Of a stretch of 64,000 bases of DNA, positions 30,068 through 45,335 are shown piece by piece. The position numbers and the translations under genes were made by a program. The DNA comes from Thermoplasmatota archaeon. GTDB taxonomy: Archaea > Thermoplasmatota > Thermoplasmata > Thermoplasmatales > Thermoplasmataceae. Within the stretch, counting starts at the first letter, position 1; every line of letters starts with the position of its first letter. A model generated the notes under the pieces. It worked only from the letters and a program-made list of their open reading frames with translations. It ran no database searches and was not told the origin of the DNA. The stretch spans positions 16 to 64,015 of the forward strand of contig JAMCPQ010000023.1 of assembly GCA_023379825.1 (NCBI GenBank), given 5' to 3'.

Positions 30068-31105
30068 CTATTTGGCGTCCTGAGGGGTGGCCTTCATGAA
30101 GAGGTCTTTCTCCATGCTTCTGCGAAGTTTAGGCAGGTCTTCAGGTCTGAATATACCGTACTCAGTGATAAATCCGGAAACATACCTGAAAGGTGTGACG
30201 TCAAAAGCTGGATTAAGTGCCGTGCTCTGTTCCGGTCCAAGTCTTTTACCTTCAATGTAGAGAACCTCATCAGGAGACCTTTCTTCGATGGGAATATCCT
30301 GTCCTCCCGAAAGTGAGAAATCGAAGGTGCTTCCTGGTGCAGCCACATAGAATGGAATTCCATTCTCCTTTGCAAGGACTGCCTTTTCATAGGTGCCGAT
30401 CTTGTTGGCAAAATCCCCTGAAGCGGTGATTCTGTCTGCACCAACGATCACAAGATCAACCTTTCCCGCCTTCATGTAGTGACCAGCGGCGTTGTCGGCA
30501 ATGATTGCATGGTCAATTCCTTCCTGTGCAAGTTCCCAGGCAGTCAGGCGTGCTCCCTGCAGTCTGGGTCTCGTTTCATCAACGTAAACAAACAGTTTCT
30601 TTCCCGAATCATGAGCAATTCTCATAGGTGCAATAGCAGTACCCCAGTCTACCACAGCCAGAGCTCCAGCATTACAGTGGGTGAGTATTCTGGAATCATT
30701 ACCGATCAGTTCATTCCCATACTCTCCGATTTTCTTGCACCTGCTGCTGATTTCATTGGAATACCTTCTGGCCGCAGCTTCCAGAAATCCATTCTCCTTC
30801 ATGAAGTCTATGGCCTTGAACAGATCATATGCTGTCGGTCTGGTTGATCTTATTTTGCGAACAGCCTCGTCCATATCCTCGCCATTTATTTTTGCCATGG
30901 CAAGCCCATATGCTGCAGTGACACCAATTGCAGGCGCTCCTCTGACTAGCATATCCTTTATTGAATAAGCTATGTCGTCACTGTTTTTAGCATCAAAAAT
31001 CTCAATCTTCTCAGGGAGTTTTCTCTGATCGATCAACCTCACGACACCGTTTTCCATCCACACAGCAAAAAGGTGCCTTGTCTCGCCATCTATGTTCATC
31101 TTCAT
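30068..31105 (-). CDS. mtnA: Methylthioribose-1-phosphate isomerase (eIF2B-like family)
   Basis: DQRKLP, VRGAPAIG, THCNAG, DETRPRLQG, ANKIGT, NPAFDVTP. Confidence 0.9.
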   Translation of the reverse strand: MKMNIDGETRHLFAVWMENGVVRLIDQRKLPEKIEIFDAKNSDDIAYSIKDMLVRGAPAIGVTAAYGLAMAKINGEDMDEAVRKIRSTRPTAYDLFKAIDFMKENGFLEAAARRYSNEISSRCKKIGEYGNELIGNDSRILTHCNAGALAVVDWGTAIAPMRIAHDSGKKLFVYVDETRPRLQGARLTAWELAQEGIDHAIIADNAAGHYMKAGKVDLVIVGADRITASGDFANKIGTYEKAVLAKENGIPFYVAAPGSTFDFSLSGGQDIPIEERSPDEVLYIEGKRLGPEQSTALNPAFDVTPFRYVSGFITEYGIFRPEDLPKLRRSMEKDLFMKATPQDAK

Positions 31106-31132
31106 AGGGTGTCATATCCCCAATCAATATAT

Positions 31133-31996
31133 TTATTTCATCGCTGGGAGCTCTAAGTATTCAGAAATCTCTTCAGGTTCAGGGGGATTCTGCAGATCAA
31201 GAAAAGGTTCCGGCATATAGTTTGACGGCTCCTTCTCACCCAGCAGGAGGCGCCTGAAAAGATAGTTATGAACAGAGGGGATATCATATCTGCTGATGAT
31301 ATCCATAAGCTTGGATAACTTCATAGAGGATGTGTATCCTTCAGATCTCCCCTTTGCGATATTCAGGGTATTCAGGCAGAAATTTGAGCTGGAACATACA
31401 CCCCCGGTGGCTCCAAGTTTTAAGGAATCCGCAAGTAAAGAATCCTTCCCTTGAAAGACCTCCAGACCCCTTATTCCAAGCAGTTCCCTGAAGTGTTCCA
31501 GATTTCCGCTTGAATCCTTTATGCCCTTTATGGTGTCGTACTGCTTCATCATCTTTTCAACCAGTTTTGCGGAAAGCGAATGCCCGGAAAGAGCTGGATT
31601 GTTGTACAGATAGAGATCACCTCTGATGGAGCTTGCAATCCTGGAGAAGAAGCGCACTAAGGAAGCTTCGGAATATCTATGATAGAAAGGATTTATGGCA
31701 ACCATCCTCTGGAAACCAGCCTTTTCCGCCTCCCTGGCAAGTTCCAGAGTTTCTGGAAGGTCTGATCTTGAAATTCCTGCATATTTCTCCATTTTGTCAG
31801 GTATTTCATCCGCCACAAGCTTTATGATTTTCCTGTGAAGCCTGAAATCGAGAGCAGCAAAACCTCCTGTTGAACCAAGCACAAAAACTCCATCAAAATC
31901 ATTATCGGATGCGTATTTCATCAACTTCCTGAACGATTTCAGATCGAAAACTCCATTTCTAAATGGGGTTACGCATGGTATTACAAGCTTGGCCAT
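31133..31996 (-). CDS. DHDPS/NAL-family class I aldolase (possibly KDG aldolase-like)
   Basis: VTPF, GSTG, YLYNNP, GIKDS (Schiff-base Lys). Confidence 0.85.
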   Translation of the reverse strand: MAKLVIPCVTPFRNGVFDLKSFRKLMKYASDNDFDGVFVLGSTGGFAALDFRLHRKIIKLVADEIPDKMEKYAGISRSDLPETLELAREAEKAGFQRMVAINPFYHRYSEASLVRFFSRIASSIRGDLYLYNNPALSGHSLSAKLVEKMMKQYDTIKGIKDSSGNLEHFRELLGIRGLEVFQGKDSLLADSLKLGATGGVCSSSNFCLNTLNIAKGRSEGYTSSMKLSKLMDIISRYDIPSVHNYLFRRLLLGEKEPSNYMPEPFLDLQNPPEPEEISEYLELPAMK

Positions 31997-32172
31997 TGGT
32001 GTCGATTATGTTTTGCTGCGTTAATAATAATATTGGTTCAAACAATATGCGTATAACCAGTTCAGGTTCATGAACGATTTACTGGTACTTTCGGGAAACT
32101 CCCGGAAGATCAGTCATGCTCTTGTAAACTTTTATTAATGTAGTTACAATAGGAAGGGGCATTAAAAACAAT

Positions 32173-32246
32173 GGGCCCGTAGCTCAGCCAGGTAGAGCAT
32201 CTGGCTTTTAACCAGGTGGTCGAGGGTTCGAACCCCTCCGGGCCCG
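32173..32246 (+). tRNA. tRNA-Lys(TTT)
   Basis: Acceptor GGGCCCG/CGGGCCC, anticodon loop CT-TTT-AA, GGTTCGAAC. Confidence 0.96.
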
Positions 32247-32263
32247 CTGAAGGGGGTGCGAAA

Positions 32264-32527
32264 ATGGCCAAACTTAACGTACTGCAGCACGAACTTGTAC
32301 CGGCACATCATGTTGTTAAAAAAGAGGAAGAGGATAAAGTTTTAAAGGAGTTGGGGATAGCTAAGGACCTGTTGCCCAGAATTAGCAGGAGTGATCCAGC
32401 TATAAAAGCCCTAGAAGAGATTCACGGACCCCTTGAGGGGGGGACTATTATTAAGATTAGCAGAAAGAGCCCGACAATGGGTTATTCTGTGTATTACAGG
32501 GTTGTCACAAGTGAGGTTTTTAAATGA
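32264..32527 (+). CDS. rpoH: RNA polymerase subunit Rpo5 (H)
   Basis: [26 protein letters not shown]. Confidence 0.96.
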   Translation: MAKLNVLQHELVPAHHVVKKEEEDKVLKELGIAKDLLPRISRSDPAIKALEEIHGPLEGGTIIKISRKSPTMGYSVYYRVVTSEVFK

Positions 32528-35500
32528 AGGAATTGGTTGAGTATTTTTTCAAGAATGCAAGTGTTGTCAGTCACCAGATAGATTCTTACAATAATTTTGT
32601 TGCCACAATCGGGAACCCCGACAGTGTTATGCAGCAGATTGTGGACGAAACCAAAATCTCTGAGGATGAAGAACCGGGAGTTATGACTCTGGATCCAACA
32701 AAGACCGGTGGTAGAGACATCAAGGTATATTTTGGAAGAGTAAGGGAGAAGGGGAAATTCGTCGGAGAACCAACAATATGGGTTGAGCGCCCAGAGATCA
32801 AAGAGGCATCCGGCGCTTCAAATCAGATAACTCCAACAGAGGCGAGGCTTCGTGACCTCAATTACATGGCTCCCATCACTCTCAGGGTAAGTGTTGTTGA
32901 GGATGGTGTGGATAAGCAGCAGGAAACACTGAAAATCGGTGATATGCCGGTAATGGTAAGGTCAAAGGTATGCACCCTTTATGGAAGCAATCTGGAGCAG
33001 TACATAGACAAGAACAATGGCCCGGTAAACGCAAGCAGAAGGGAAAAGCTGCAGTATGTTGGAGAAGACCCGGATGATTCCGGCGGTTATTTCATCATAG
33101 GCGGTTCGGAGAGAGTGATCGTTTCACTGGAAGATCTGGCTCCGAATAAGATTCTTGTTGAGTACGAGGAAAAGTACGAGTCAAGAGTGGAGGTTGCAAA
33201 GGTATTCTCCCAGAAGGCAGGATTCAGGGCCTTAACATCCATGGAGAAAGGTACGGATGGAATAATAAATGTATCAATACCCAGCGTTGCGGGGCCCATT
33301 CCTCTTGTCATTCTGATGAAAGCTCTGGGAATGGAGAAGGAAGTCAGCATACATGATTCCATATCCTCCGCCAGGGCTATGGAACCGATCATTTATGCAA
33401 ATATAGAGGAATCAAGGAATCCAAAGATATTCCCTCCAAATGGTGTCGTGAACCATGAAGATGCCATACAGTACCTTGAGAAGAGGTTTGCTGCAGGTCA
33501 GGCTAAGGAATTCAGAGAAAAGAAGATCTCACAGATGCTTGACAGGTCACTTCTGCCTCACCTGGGTGACAAGCAGGAAGACAGGATCAAGAAAGCGGTA
33601 TATCTGGGAAGGATGGCCCGATCCTTACTGGAACTTCATCTTGGCATAAGAAAAGAGGATGACAAGGACCATCTTGCAAACAAGAGGGTTAAGGAGGCAG
33701 GAGACCTTCTGGATGAACTTTTCAGGAGTGCTTTCCAGGCAGTAATGAAGGATCTTAAGTATCAGTTAGAGAGAACTTACAACAGAAAGAAGGGAATCAG
33801 GCTCAAACCTGCAGTCAGGCAGGACCTGCTCACTCAGAAGATCCTCCATGCAATGGCAACGGGAAACTGGATTGGTGGCAGAACTGGTGTATCACAGTTG
33901 CTGGACAGGGTTTCAAATGTCAGCACCCTGAGCCACCTGAGAAGAATAATTTCACCCCTTACCAGATCCCAGCCGCACTTTGAGGCGAGAGACCTGCATC
34001 CGACGCAGTGGGGCAGAATATGTCCTAACGAAACACCCGAAGGCCAGAACTGTGGACTGGTTAAGAATGCGGCTCTTATTATCAACGTTACTGAAGGAAT
34101 TGATCCCCAGACGGTTGTGGAAACACTGAAGGGAATGAACCTGATGGAGGTTCTTGGTGAGGAGGCAGAACTGGGCAGGGTTTACCTGAACGGTGATCTG
34201 ATTGGGTATCATCAGGATCCTGCTGGGTTGACTGAAACTGTCAGGGAGTATAGAAGAAATGGTAAATTGTCACATGAGGTCAACGTGAGATATGATCCGG
34301 AGACAAGAGAGGTCATCATTAACTGTGACCGCGGACGGATCAGAAGGCCTCTGATAGTTGTCAAAAATGGAAATACAGTTATGAACAGGGAAACACTGGA
34401 TGCACTCTCAAGAGGGGAGCTCAACGTTGAAGACCTCATAAGGAGAGGGGCACTGGAATACATTGACGCCGAAGAGGAAGAGAACCTTTTCATTGCAGTT
34501 TACGCCTACGATTTCCCGGAGAGATGCCCAAGCTGTGATTCCTACCTTTACAGGAGCAAACTCAAATGGGTCAACCCTGGTGATTCAAGACCCAATCCGC
34601 CAATTGTATTGCAGTGTGAAATATGCGGTGGTACATTTGAGGCGCCAAGAATCCTCAATGAAGAGCACACTCATCTCGAAATAGATCCCGCACTGATTCT
34701 TGGTGTGGTTGCATCCGTTACACCATATCCGGAGCACAACTCATCTCCAAGAATCACCATGGCATCAGCAATGACAAAACAGTCAATCGGGCTTGCTTCA
34801 ACAAACTTCAAGATCAGGACAGACACGAGGGGACACATGCTGCACTACCCTCAGATACCACTGGTTAAAACAAAGATCATGGATTTCATAAAGTACGACA
34901 AGAGGCCTGCCGGACAGAATTTTGTCGTAGCCATAATGTCGTATCAGGGTTACAATATCCAGGACGCGCTTGTTTTCAACAAAGCCTCCGTTGAAAGAGG
35001 TCTGGGGAGAAGCTCATTCTTCAGGACATACAGCGCTGAGGAGAGAAGATACCCCGGTGGGCAGGAGGACAAGTTCGAAATCCCGACGCATGATGTTCTG
35101 GGAGCCAGAGCGGAAGAATTTTACAGGAATCTGGATGAAAACGGCATAATATTTCCGGAGTCTTACGTTGAAGGATCTGATGTTCTTGTTGGAAAAACTT
35201 CACCTCCCAGGTTCCTTGAGGAGGGAGCTGACAAACTTGGTCCACAGAGGCGCAGAGAATCATCCATTACCATGAGGCCAAATGAGAAAGGATTCGTGGA
35301 TAATGTTATCCTGACTGTTTCGGAAAGCAACAGCAGGGTTGTCAAGATAAGGGTCAGAAGCGAAAGGATACCTGAGCTAGGAGACAAATTTGCCTCAAGG
35401 CATGGGCAGAAGGGTGTTATCGGTGCTGTGGTTCCACAGGAGGATATGCCATTCACAGAAGACGGAATAATCCCGGACCTGATCATCAATCCGCATGCCA

Positions 35501-36119
35501 TTCCTTCAAGGATGACAGTAGGTCATATACTGGAAATGATAGGGGGCAAAGTAGCATCCATGAAAGGTGAGATTGTTGACGGGACTATATTCAGTGGAGA
35601 ACCTGAGAAAAGCCTCAGAGATGGTCTGCTGAAATACGGTTTCAGGCATTCATCAATGGAGACAATGTATGACGGAATAACCGGAAGAAAGCTGGAAGCC
35701 GACATATTCACTGGAGTGATATATTACCAGAAGCTGCACCACATGGTTGCAGGGAAGTTCCATGCCAGATCAAGAGGGCCTGTTCAGATCCTCACTAGAC
35801 AGCCTACTGAAGGGCGTTCTAGGCAGGGAGGTCTGAGGTTCGGTGAAATGGAAAGGGATACCCTGATTGCACACGGTGCTGCAATGGTGATAAAGGACCG
35901 TCTTCTCGACCAGAGTGACGGTACTGTTCTCTACGTATGCGGCAATCCAAAATGCGGACATATTGCTATACTGGACAGAAAGAGAGGTCTGCCTAGATGC
36001 CCTGTCTGTGGAAATACAGGAAACATTCACCCGATTGAGACGAGCTATGCTTTCAAACTCATGAGAGATGAGCTGAGTTCCATGGGTGTAATGATGAGGC
36101 TTGTGCTGGGTGATTTAAA

Positions 36120-36123
<4 letters not shown>
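32524..36123 (+). CDS. rpoB: RNA polymerase subunit Rpo2 (B), single chain
   Basis: [36 protein letters not shown]. Confidence 0.99.
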
Positions 36124-40312
<4,189 letters not shown>

Positions 40313-40354
40313 CGCATCGTATCCAAGGAAAGGTATTAAGGCGGTAATGCTCAG

Positions 40355-40783
40355 ATGAAAGAGATCACCATAGACAACAGGATAATGGGTTACATAACCC
40401 TTTTTGAGAAGGTTGCCCACGTAGAGGTTAAGGAATGCTCTGAAAACGAGGATATGATACTTTTCATCGTTGGTGAAAGGAAACTACAGGACCTCTTCAG
40501 GCGGAATGAAAATGCACTCGCAACCATAAGGGAAAGAACAAACAAGCACGTTCTCGTGGCGGAGCAGTCCAGAGATCTCATAACTTTTGTGAGAAATATA
40601 TTCCACAGGTTCGGAGTAAGGGAAATAATCGTTACATGGAAGGAGGGAAACACCGACGTACTTGTAGGCGTGAACCAGAATGACGTGGGAAAAGCCATAG
40701 GAAAGGAGGGAAGGAATATAAAGCTCTTTCGGGAGGCAATTGTAAGGGCATTCAACGTCAGAAGTGTCAATATAAAGCAATAA
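40355..40783 (+). CDS. nusA: Archaeal NusA (KH domains)
   Basis: GKAIGKEGRNIK; position after rpoA2. Confidence 0.93.
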   Translation: MKEITIDNRIMGYITLFEKVAHVEVKECSENEDMILFIVGERKLQDLFRRNENALATIRERTNKHVLVAEQSRDLITFVRNIFHRFGVREIIVTWKEGNTDVLVGVNQNDVGKAIGKEGRNIKLFREAIVRAFNVRSVNIKQ

Positions 40784-40876
40784 TTTTCAAGTTTCTCTAA
40801 ATAAAATATATATTTTCATAGAAAGTATACGAATGTTTATATACATAAACGTCGTGAAACCTCTTACTGATTGATA

Positions 40877-42652
40877 ATGACAGATGCACATGTAAGTGGA
40901 ACCGGGCAATCTCTGGAGTCTAACAAACTGAAGCGTGGAATGCGCCTGCGAGACCTCTATTTTGCAGGTCTCACAGCAGTTATAGGTTCCGGATGGCTCT
41001 TTGGAAGTTATGAGACAGCCAGTGCTGCAGGGCCTGCCTCTATCCTTTCCTGGATTATAGGGGGTATATTTATCCTGATTATAGCTCTGGCCTGGTCTGA
41101 GATCTCGACATCAGTGCCAATTGCTGGAGGTGCTGCAAGGTACGCCAACTTTACACATGGCGGAATTGCTGCATCCATAATCGCATGGAGTACCATTCTG
41201 ACGTATATTGCAGTTCCTGCTGTTGAGGCAGTTGCTGTTGTTCAGATCCTTCAGGGTGCCATAGGATTCTATGCTCCTGCGAGCACACTGGTTCTTGTAA
41301 ACTCCTCGGGAATACCTTCATATTATGGAGTAATCGTGGCAGGAGCTTTTTCACTGGCTTTCTTCTATGTGAATTTCATAGGGCTGAAGGGTCTGATAAA
41401 GACAAACTTCGGAATGACCATATGGAAACTCATCATACCGCCCATAGCTGTCATACTCCTACTGATCTTCGGGCTTCAGCATGGGTTCGGAGTTAACTTC
41501 ACATCTGGTGGCAAGGGTTTTGCAGGGTTTGCGCCATATGGTATAGATCCAATCTTCAGCGCCCTACCTACAACCGGTGTGGTTTTCGCATTTCTGGGAT
41601 TCAGGCAGCCAGTTGAAATGGCTGCTGAAGCAAAATCACCAGGTTCAGATATATGGAAGGCCCTCGTGGCAGTTGTGTTAACTGGAATTGGGGTATACAC
41701 ACTTCTGGAGGTAGCATTCATTGGATCAATAAACTTTAACTCATCAGCCTTCGGCACATCAGGCCTTGCTGCATACACCTGGAGCGGGCTTTCAACTTCA
41801 CTGCCAATGTACACATTCCCGTTCTTCTATGAAGGTGTAGGCCTGGGACTTGGTGCACTGGGTGTTGTTCTGGTTATTGATGGAGTGGTTAGCCCAACAG
41901 GTACTCTGAGCCAGTATATGGGGTCAACATCAAGAGTGCTTTACGGAACTGCAAAGGAAGGATACCTCTCATCGGGATTCTTTAAAGTGAGCCCAAAATC
42001 AAGGATACCTGTTCTTGGTCTGGTAACAACATTCATCGTAACACTTATACTCCTAATTGCTGCAGCAGTAGGATACCTTGTTTCAAGCATAGGGGGAGCA
42101 TGGTCTGCTTTAACGTCCATAGTTACGACAACTGGTGTCTTTTCTTACATAATTGGGCCAGTTGCTCTTGTAGCTTTCAGAAAATCCCACCCGAAACTGA
42201 AGAGACCATTCCTTCTCAGAGGGCACAGTGTGATCGGTGTACTTGCATTCATAATATCCGGCCTGCTGATATACTGGGGTGCAGGAGGTCTTGATGTACC
42301 TAATGTTGATCCATATGGCGGATACATACTGATTGTCATAATCCTTGTAGGTTTCATCCTTTACGGATACGCTAAGGACAGGGACTTCGCAAAGGACCTT
42401 AAATCTGGAATGTGGGTCATCGTACTGCTGCTGTTCAACCTTGTGCTACTGACATTTGGTGAATTCAGTCCATTTCCGTCTCTGGCAACATCCCTCGTCA
42501 TACCAGGTCACGCAACCATACCAGTTGACTGGTTCATTGATATAGTGGCATCAGTCATTTTCTATCTGTGGGCCATAAAATCCGCTTTCCCGGATGACGA
42601 GATCAGGAAAGCCATAGACAACAGTATATCCCTGACAGAAGGAACAGATTAA
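40877..42652 (+). CDS. APC-family amino acid permease
   Basis: IGSGWLFG, AGPASILSW, FAFLGFR, AEAKSP; many TM segments. Confidence 0.93.
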   Translation: MTDAHVSGTGQSLESNKLKRGMRLRDLYFAGLTAVIGSGWLFGSYETASAAGPASILSWIIGGIFILIIALAWSEISTSVPIAGGAARYANFTHGGIAASIIAWSTILTYIAVPAVEAVAVVQILQGAIGFYAPASTLVLVNSSGIPSYYGVIVAGAFSLAFFYVNFIGLKGLIKTNFGMTIWKLIIPPIAVILLLIFGLQHGFGVNFTSGGKGFAGFAPYGIDPIFSALPTTGVVFAFLGFRQPVEMAAEAKSPGSDIWKALVAVVLTGIGVYTLLEVAFIGSINFNSSAFGTSGLAAYTWSGLSTSLPMYTFPFFYEGVGLGLGALGVVLVIDGVVSPTGTLSQYMGSTSRVLYGTAKEGYLSSGFFKVSPKSRIPVLGLVTTFIVTLILLIAAAVGYLVSSIGGAWSALTSIVTTTGVFSYIIGPVALVAFRKSHPKLKRPFLLRGHSVIGVLAFIISGLLIYWGAGGLDVPNVDPYGGYILIVIILVGFILYGYAKDRDFAKDLKSGMWVIVLLLFNLVLLTFGEFSPFPSLATSLVIPGHATIPVDWFIDIVASVIFYLWAIKSAFPDDEIRKAIDNSISLTEGTD

Positions 42653-42657
42653 ACAAA

Positions 42658-42676
42658 TTTTTTTCCCATTTTTTTT
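42658..42676 (+). terminator. Oligo-T terminator after the permease
   Basis: T7 and T8 tracts directly after the stop codon. Confidence 0.55.
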
Positions 42677-42725
42677 AAATTCTGTCACCATATTTATAAA
42701 GGTTTATCCCATAACATCGGGCTAA

Positions 42726-43076
42726 ATGGAAGACGACGAAGATTTGAATGATATTCCGCCAGAGGAAGGAAGTTACGGAGAAGGTGTGCGTGTTATACTC
42801 CCCAACAAGAGAAGAGGGGAGATGTTCGGTATTGTTGAGAAGCTTGCAGGTGCGTCACATCTGAATGTGATGTGCGAGGATGGTTTCACCAGAAACTCAC
42901 GTATTCCCGGGAAGATGAAGAAGAGGATGTGGATAAGGGAGGGAGACCTGGTTATTGTCAAACCATGGCAGTTTCAGAGCGAGAAAGCTGATGTTGTATA
43001 CAGGTACACAAAGACCCAGGCATCATATCTGAGCAGAAGCAACCTCCTTCCGGAAGTTATAAACATATTCAAATGA
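42726..43076 (+). CDS. eif1a: Translation initiation factor aIF1A
   Basis: RIPGKMKKRMWIREGDLVIV, YRYT; TTTATAAA ~26 nt upstream suggests a leaderless transcript. Confidence 0.97.
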   Translation: MEDDEDLNDIPPEEGSYGEGVRVILPNKRRGEMFGIVEKLAGASHLNVMCEDGFTRNSRIPGKMKKRMWIREGDLVIVKPWQFQSEKADVVYRYTKTQASYLSRSNLLPEVINIFK

Positions 43077-43125
43077 ATGGATTTTCCCAATCATTATCTA
43101 CGTGTCAGTTATATTAAAGGTATAA

Positions 43126-43896
43126 ATGGAAGATCTATCTGCTCTTGAAAAGCTGCTGAAATCGGGGGAATTTCTCCAGAGCCTGCAGATGGAAAGGAAG
43201 ACTGCGGATCTGGTTTTTGACAGCAGGACTCTGAAGGCAATATATGAGCTGGTGAGCAGATACCGTGTGGACTATATAGATTACCCCATCTCAAGTGGAA
43301 AAGAATCCATTGTGTTCAAGGCATACCTTAACGGAAAAGCTGTGGCACTTAAGATTTACAAGATGTCCACGCTGCGGTTCTCCAACATCTGGAAGTACAT
43401 AGATGGGGATTACAGGTTCTCAAAGGAGCATCTTACCCGTTCATCTCTGGTTTATCTGTGGGCAAGAAAGGAATTCACCAATCTCAGTGAATGCCGCCGC
43501 TACAGGATAAACGCACCGAAGCCAATTGCATTCCATAAGAATCTACTGATGATGTCCTATCTCGGAACAAAGTCAAGGGGTGCACCAATGCTCAAGGATG
43601 CTGATGTGGACTTCGGGAAAACCTTCGAAGGGATCATGGATTCAGTAAAAAGACTGTACGGGCAGGCAAAACTGGTCCACGCTGACCTGAGCGAGTATAA
43701 TGTTCTAATTTACAGGGCAAAACCCTATCTCCTTGATATGGCACAGTCTGTTTCAAGAGAACACCCTGCTGCAGACTTCTTCCTTGAGAGGGATGTAAAG
43801 AATATCTGCAATTTTTTCAGAAAGAAAGGAGTGGAATGCAACTGGGAGGACGCACTCAGAGAGATCAGGCAGTCAGGAAATTCTGGAAAGGCTTAA
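43126..43896 (+). CDS. rio1: Rio1 kinase
   Basis: ISSGKES, WARKEF.NL, LVHADLSEYN, DMAQSV. Confidence 0.95.
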   Translation: MEDLSALEKLLKSGEFLQSLQMERKTADLVFDSRTLKAIYELVSRYRVDYIDYPISSGKESIVFKAYLNGKAVALKIYKMSTLRFSNIWKYIDGDYRFSKEHLTRSSLVYLWARKEFTNLSECRRYRINAPKPIAFHKNLLMMSYLGTKSRGAPMLKDADVDFGKTFEGIMDSVKRLYGQAKLVHADLSEYNVLIYRAKPYLLDMAQSVSREHPAADFFLERDVKNICNFFRKKGVECNWEDALREIRQSGNSGKA

Positions 43897-43898
43897 TA

Positions 43899-44492
43899 AT
43901 GATGGATAATAAGAGGATAGATATGTCGGAAGAAATCCCTGAACAGACACCGCTTGAAGTTAGAATACCCGAGGAAAGAATTGCTGTTCTCATAGGGAAA
44001 AGGGGAAGCACCAAAAAGCTGGTTGAAAGAATGGGTGAATGTAATCTGATCATAGATTCTGGAACAGGAATAGTTGAGGTCCAGGGAAAAGGAGACCCAT
44101 TAAAGTCTGTGATCACAGGAAGCGTTGTACAGGCAATAGGCAGAGGGTTCAGCCCTGAAAAGGCAGTTCTGCTCTATCAGGAGAATTTCCAGCTGGCGGT
44201 GATATCCCTGAGAGACTTTGCAAATCCCGGTTCAAAGAGGATATCGCAGATCAGGGCAAGGCTCATTGGAACAAATGGGCGCACTCGCCAGATAGTGGAG
44301 GAACTGACAACTTCAGCAATCTCCATATACGGGGACACTGTTTCAATAATCGGCGACTATGTATCTATGGAATACGCAAAGGAAGCTGTGTTGATGCTTG
44401 TCAACGGAAGTAAGCAGAGGACCGTTTACACATATCTTGAAAGGAATGCAAGGGACATGAGGATCAAGAAGATCGAGGAGACATTCGGATAG
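43899..44492 (+). CDS. Dim2/Pno1 KH-domain ribosome biogenesis protein
   Basis: RIAVLIGKRG, AIGRGFSPE, RLIGTNG; follows rio1. Confidence 0.93.
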   Translation: MMDNKRIDMSEEIPEQTPLEVRIPEERIAVLIGKRGSTKKLVERMGECNLIIDSGTGIVEVQGKGDPLKSVITGSVVQAIGRGFSPEKAVLLYQENFQLAVISLRDFANPGSKRISQIRARLIGTNGRTRQIVEELTTSAISIYGDTVSIIGDYVSMEYAKEAVLMLVNGSKQRTVYTYLERNARDMRIKKIEETFG

Positions 44493-44538
44493 CAATATAA
44501 GGCAAAACCTATTATTTTACAAGATTATTACGGAGGGA

Positions 44539-44613
44539 AGCGGGGTGGGGTAGTTAGGAGATCCCGACGGGCTCATAACCCGTAGATCAATGGTTCAAAT
44601 CCATTCCCCGCTA
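44539..44613 (+). tRNA. Initiator tRNA-Met(CAT)
   Basis: A1-U72 pair (AGCGGGG/CCCCGCT), GGG-CTCATAA-CCC anticodon arm. Confidence 0.96.
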
Positions 44614-44621
44614 TTTTCCAT

Positions 44622-45335
44622 TCAGGAGAGAAATTTTCTGCATACTTCCTGTACCAGTGAGCTCAGATCTGAATTTCCAACAGGTTCTGATGGTGAGATC
44701 CCAAGGTCTCTCATTGTTCTGGCTGTGGTCTCCCCTATTGCAAACAGTGGTTTAAGGGTGGCCCTGGAACCTGCAATCTCCCTGAATAATCTGGCCTCGT
44801 GGGAGGATGTTATGATAACGCAGACAACATCGTTCCTGGAAAGGTAATCATTCAGTTCATTTTTCCTTACCGGAACAGCATCATAGAGGTCGCACTGAAT
44901 ATATTGGAAACCATTTGCAGAGAGATAATTCTGAATGATCCTGTTGCTCTTCGCACTGCTGAAAAGAGCAACAGTTTTTCCTGAGTATTTTTCGGTTCTA
45001 AGCAATTCAACAATTCCATCAGAGCTCTGTCTTGAAGGGACAGCGATCCCATGGAACCTCCTGGAAAGTTCCTGGGCTGTGGCATTGCCTATGGCAATCA
45101 CCTCGGGATCTTTCAGCCTGTTTCCACCTTCATGATCAAGGAATATTCTGGCACCCACAGTGCTGGTGAATACCAGAACCTGAGGGGCAGAAGCCCAGAT
45201 GTGGTCCCAGTCCACGGGAAGCTCCCTGATTTCTGTCAGAGGAATGTTAACAATACTGAAACCTTGAGGTGCATTAACGGGATAGAATTTTTCCAGAGGT
45301 CTTGTTGTAAGAATAATCCTGGAACTGCTATTCAT
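44622..45335 (-). CDS. hemD: Uroporphyrinogen-III synthase
   Basis: LTTRP, VFTS, AIGNAT, ITSS, AIGETT; next to hemC. Confidence 0.9.
   Translation of the reverse strand: MNSSSRIILTTRPLEKFYPVNAPQGFSIVNIPLTEIRELPVDWDHIWASAPQVLVFTSTVGARIFLDHEGGNRLKDPEVIAIGNATAQELSRRFHGIAVPSRQSSDGIVELLRTEKYSGKTVALFSSAKSNRIIQNYLSANGFQYIQCDLYDAVPVRKNELNDYLSRNDVVCVIITSSHEARLFREIAGSRATLKPLFAIGETTARTMRDLGISPSEPVGNSDLSSLVQEVCRKFLS

Noticed and set aside
40803-40850. AT-rich palindromes upstream of the amino acid permease
   Set aside because: Low complexity and overlapping the TATA box; cannot be told apart from chance
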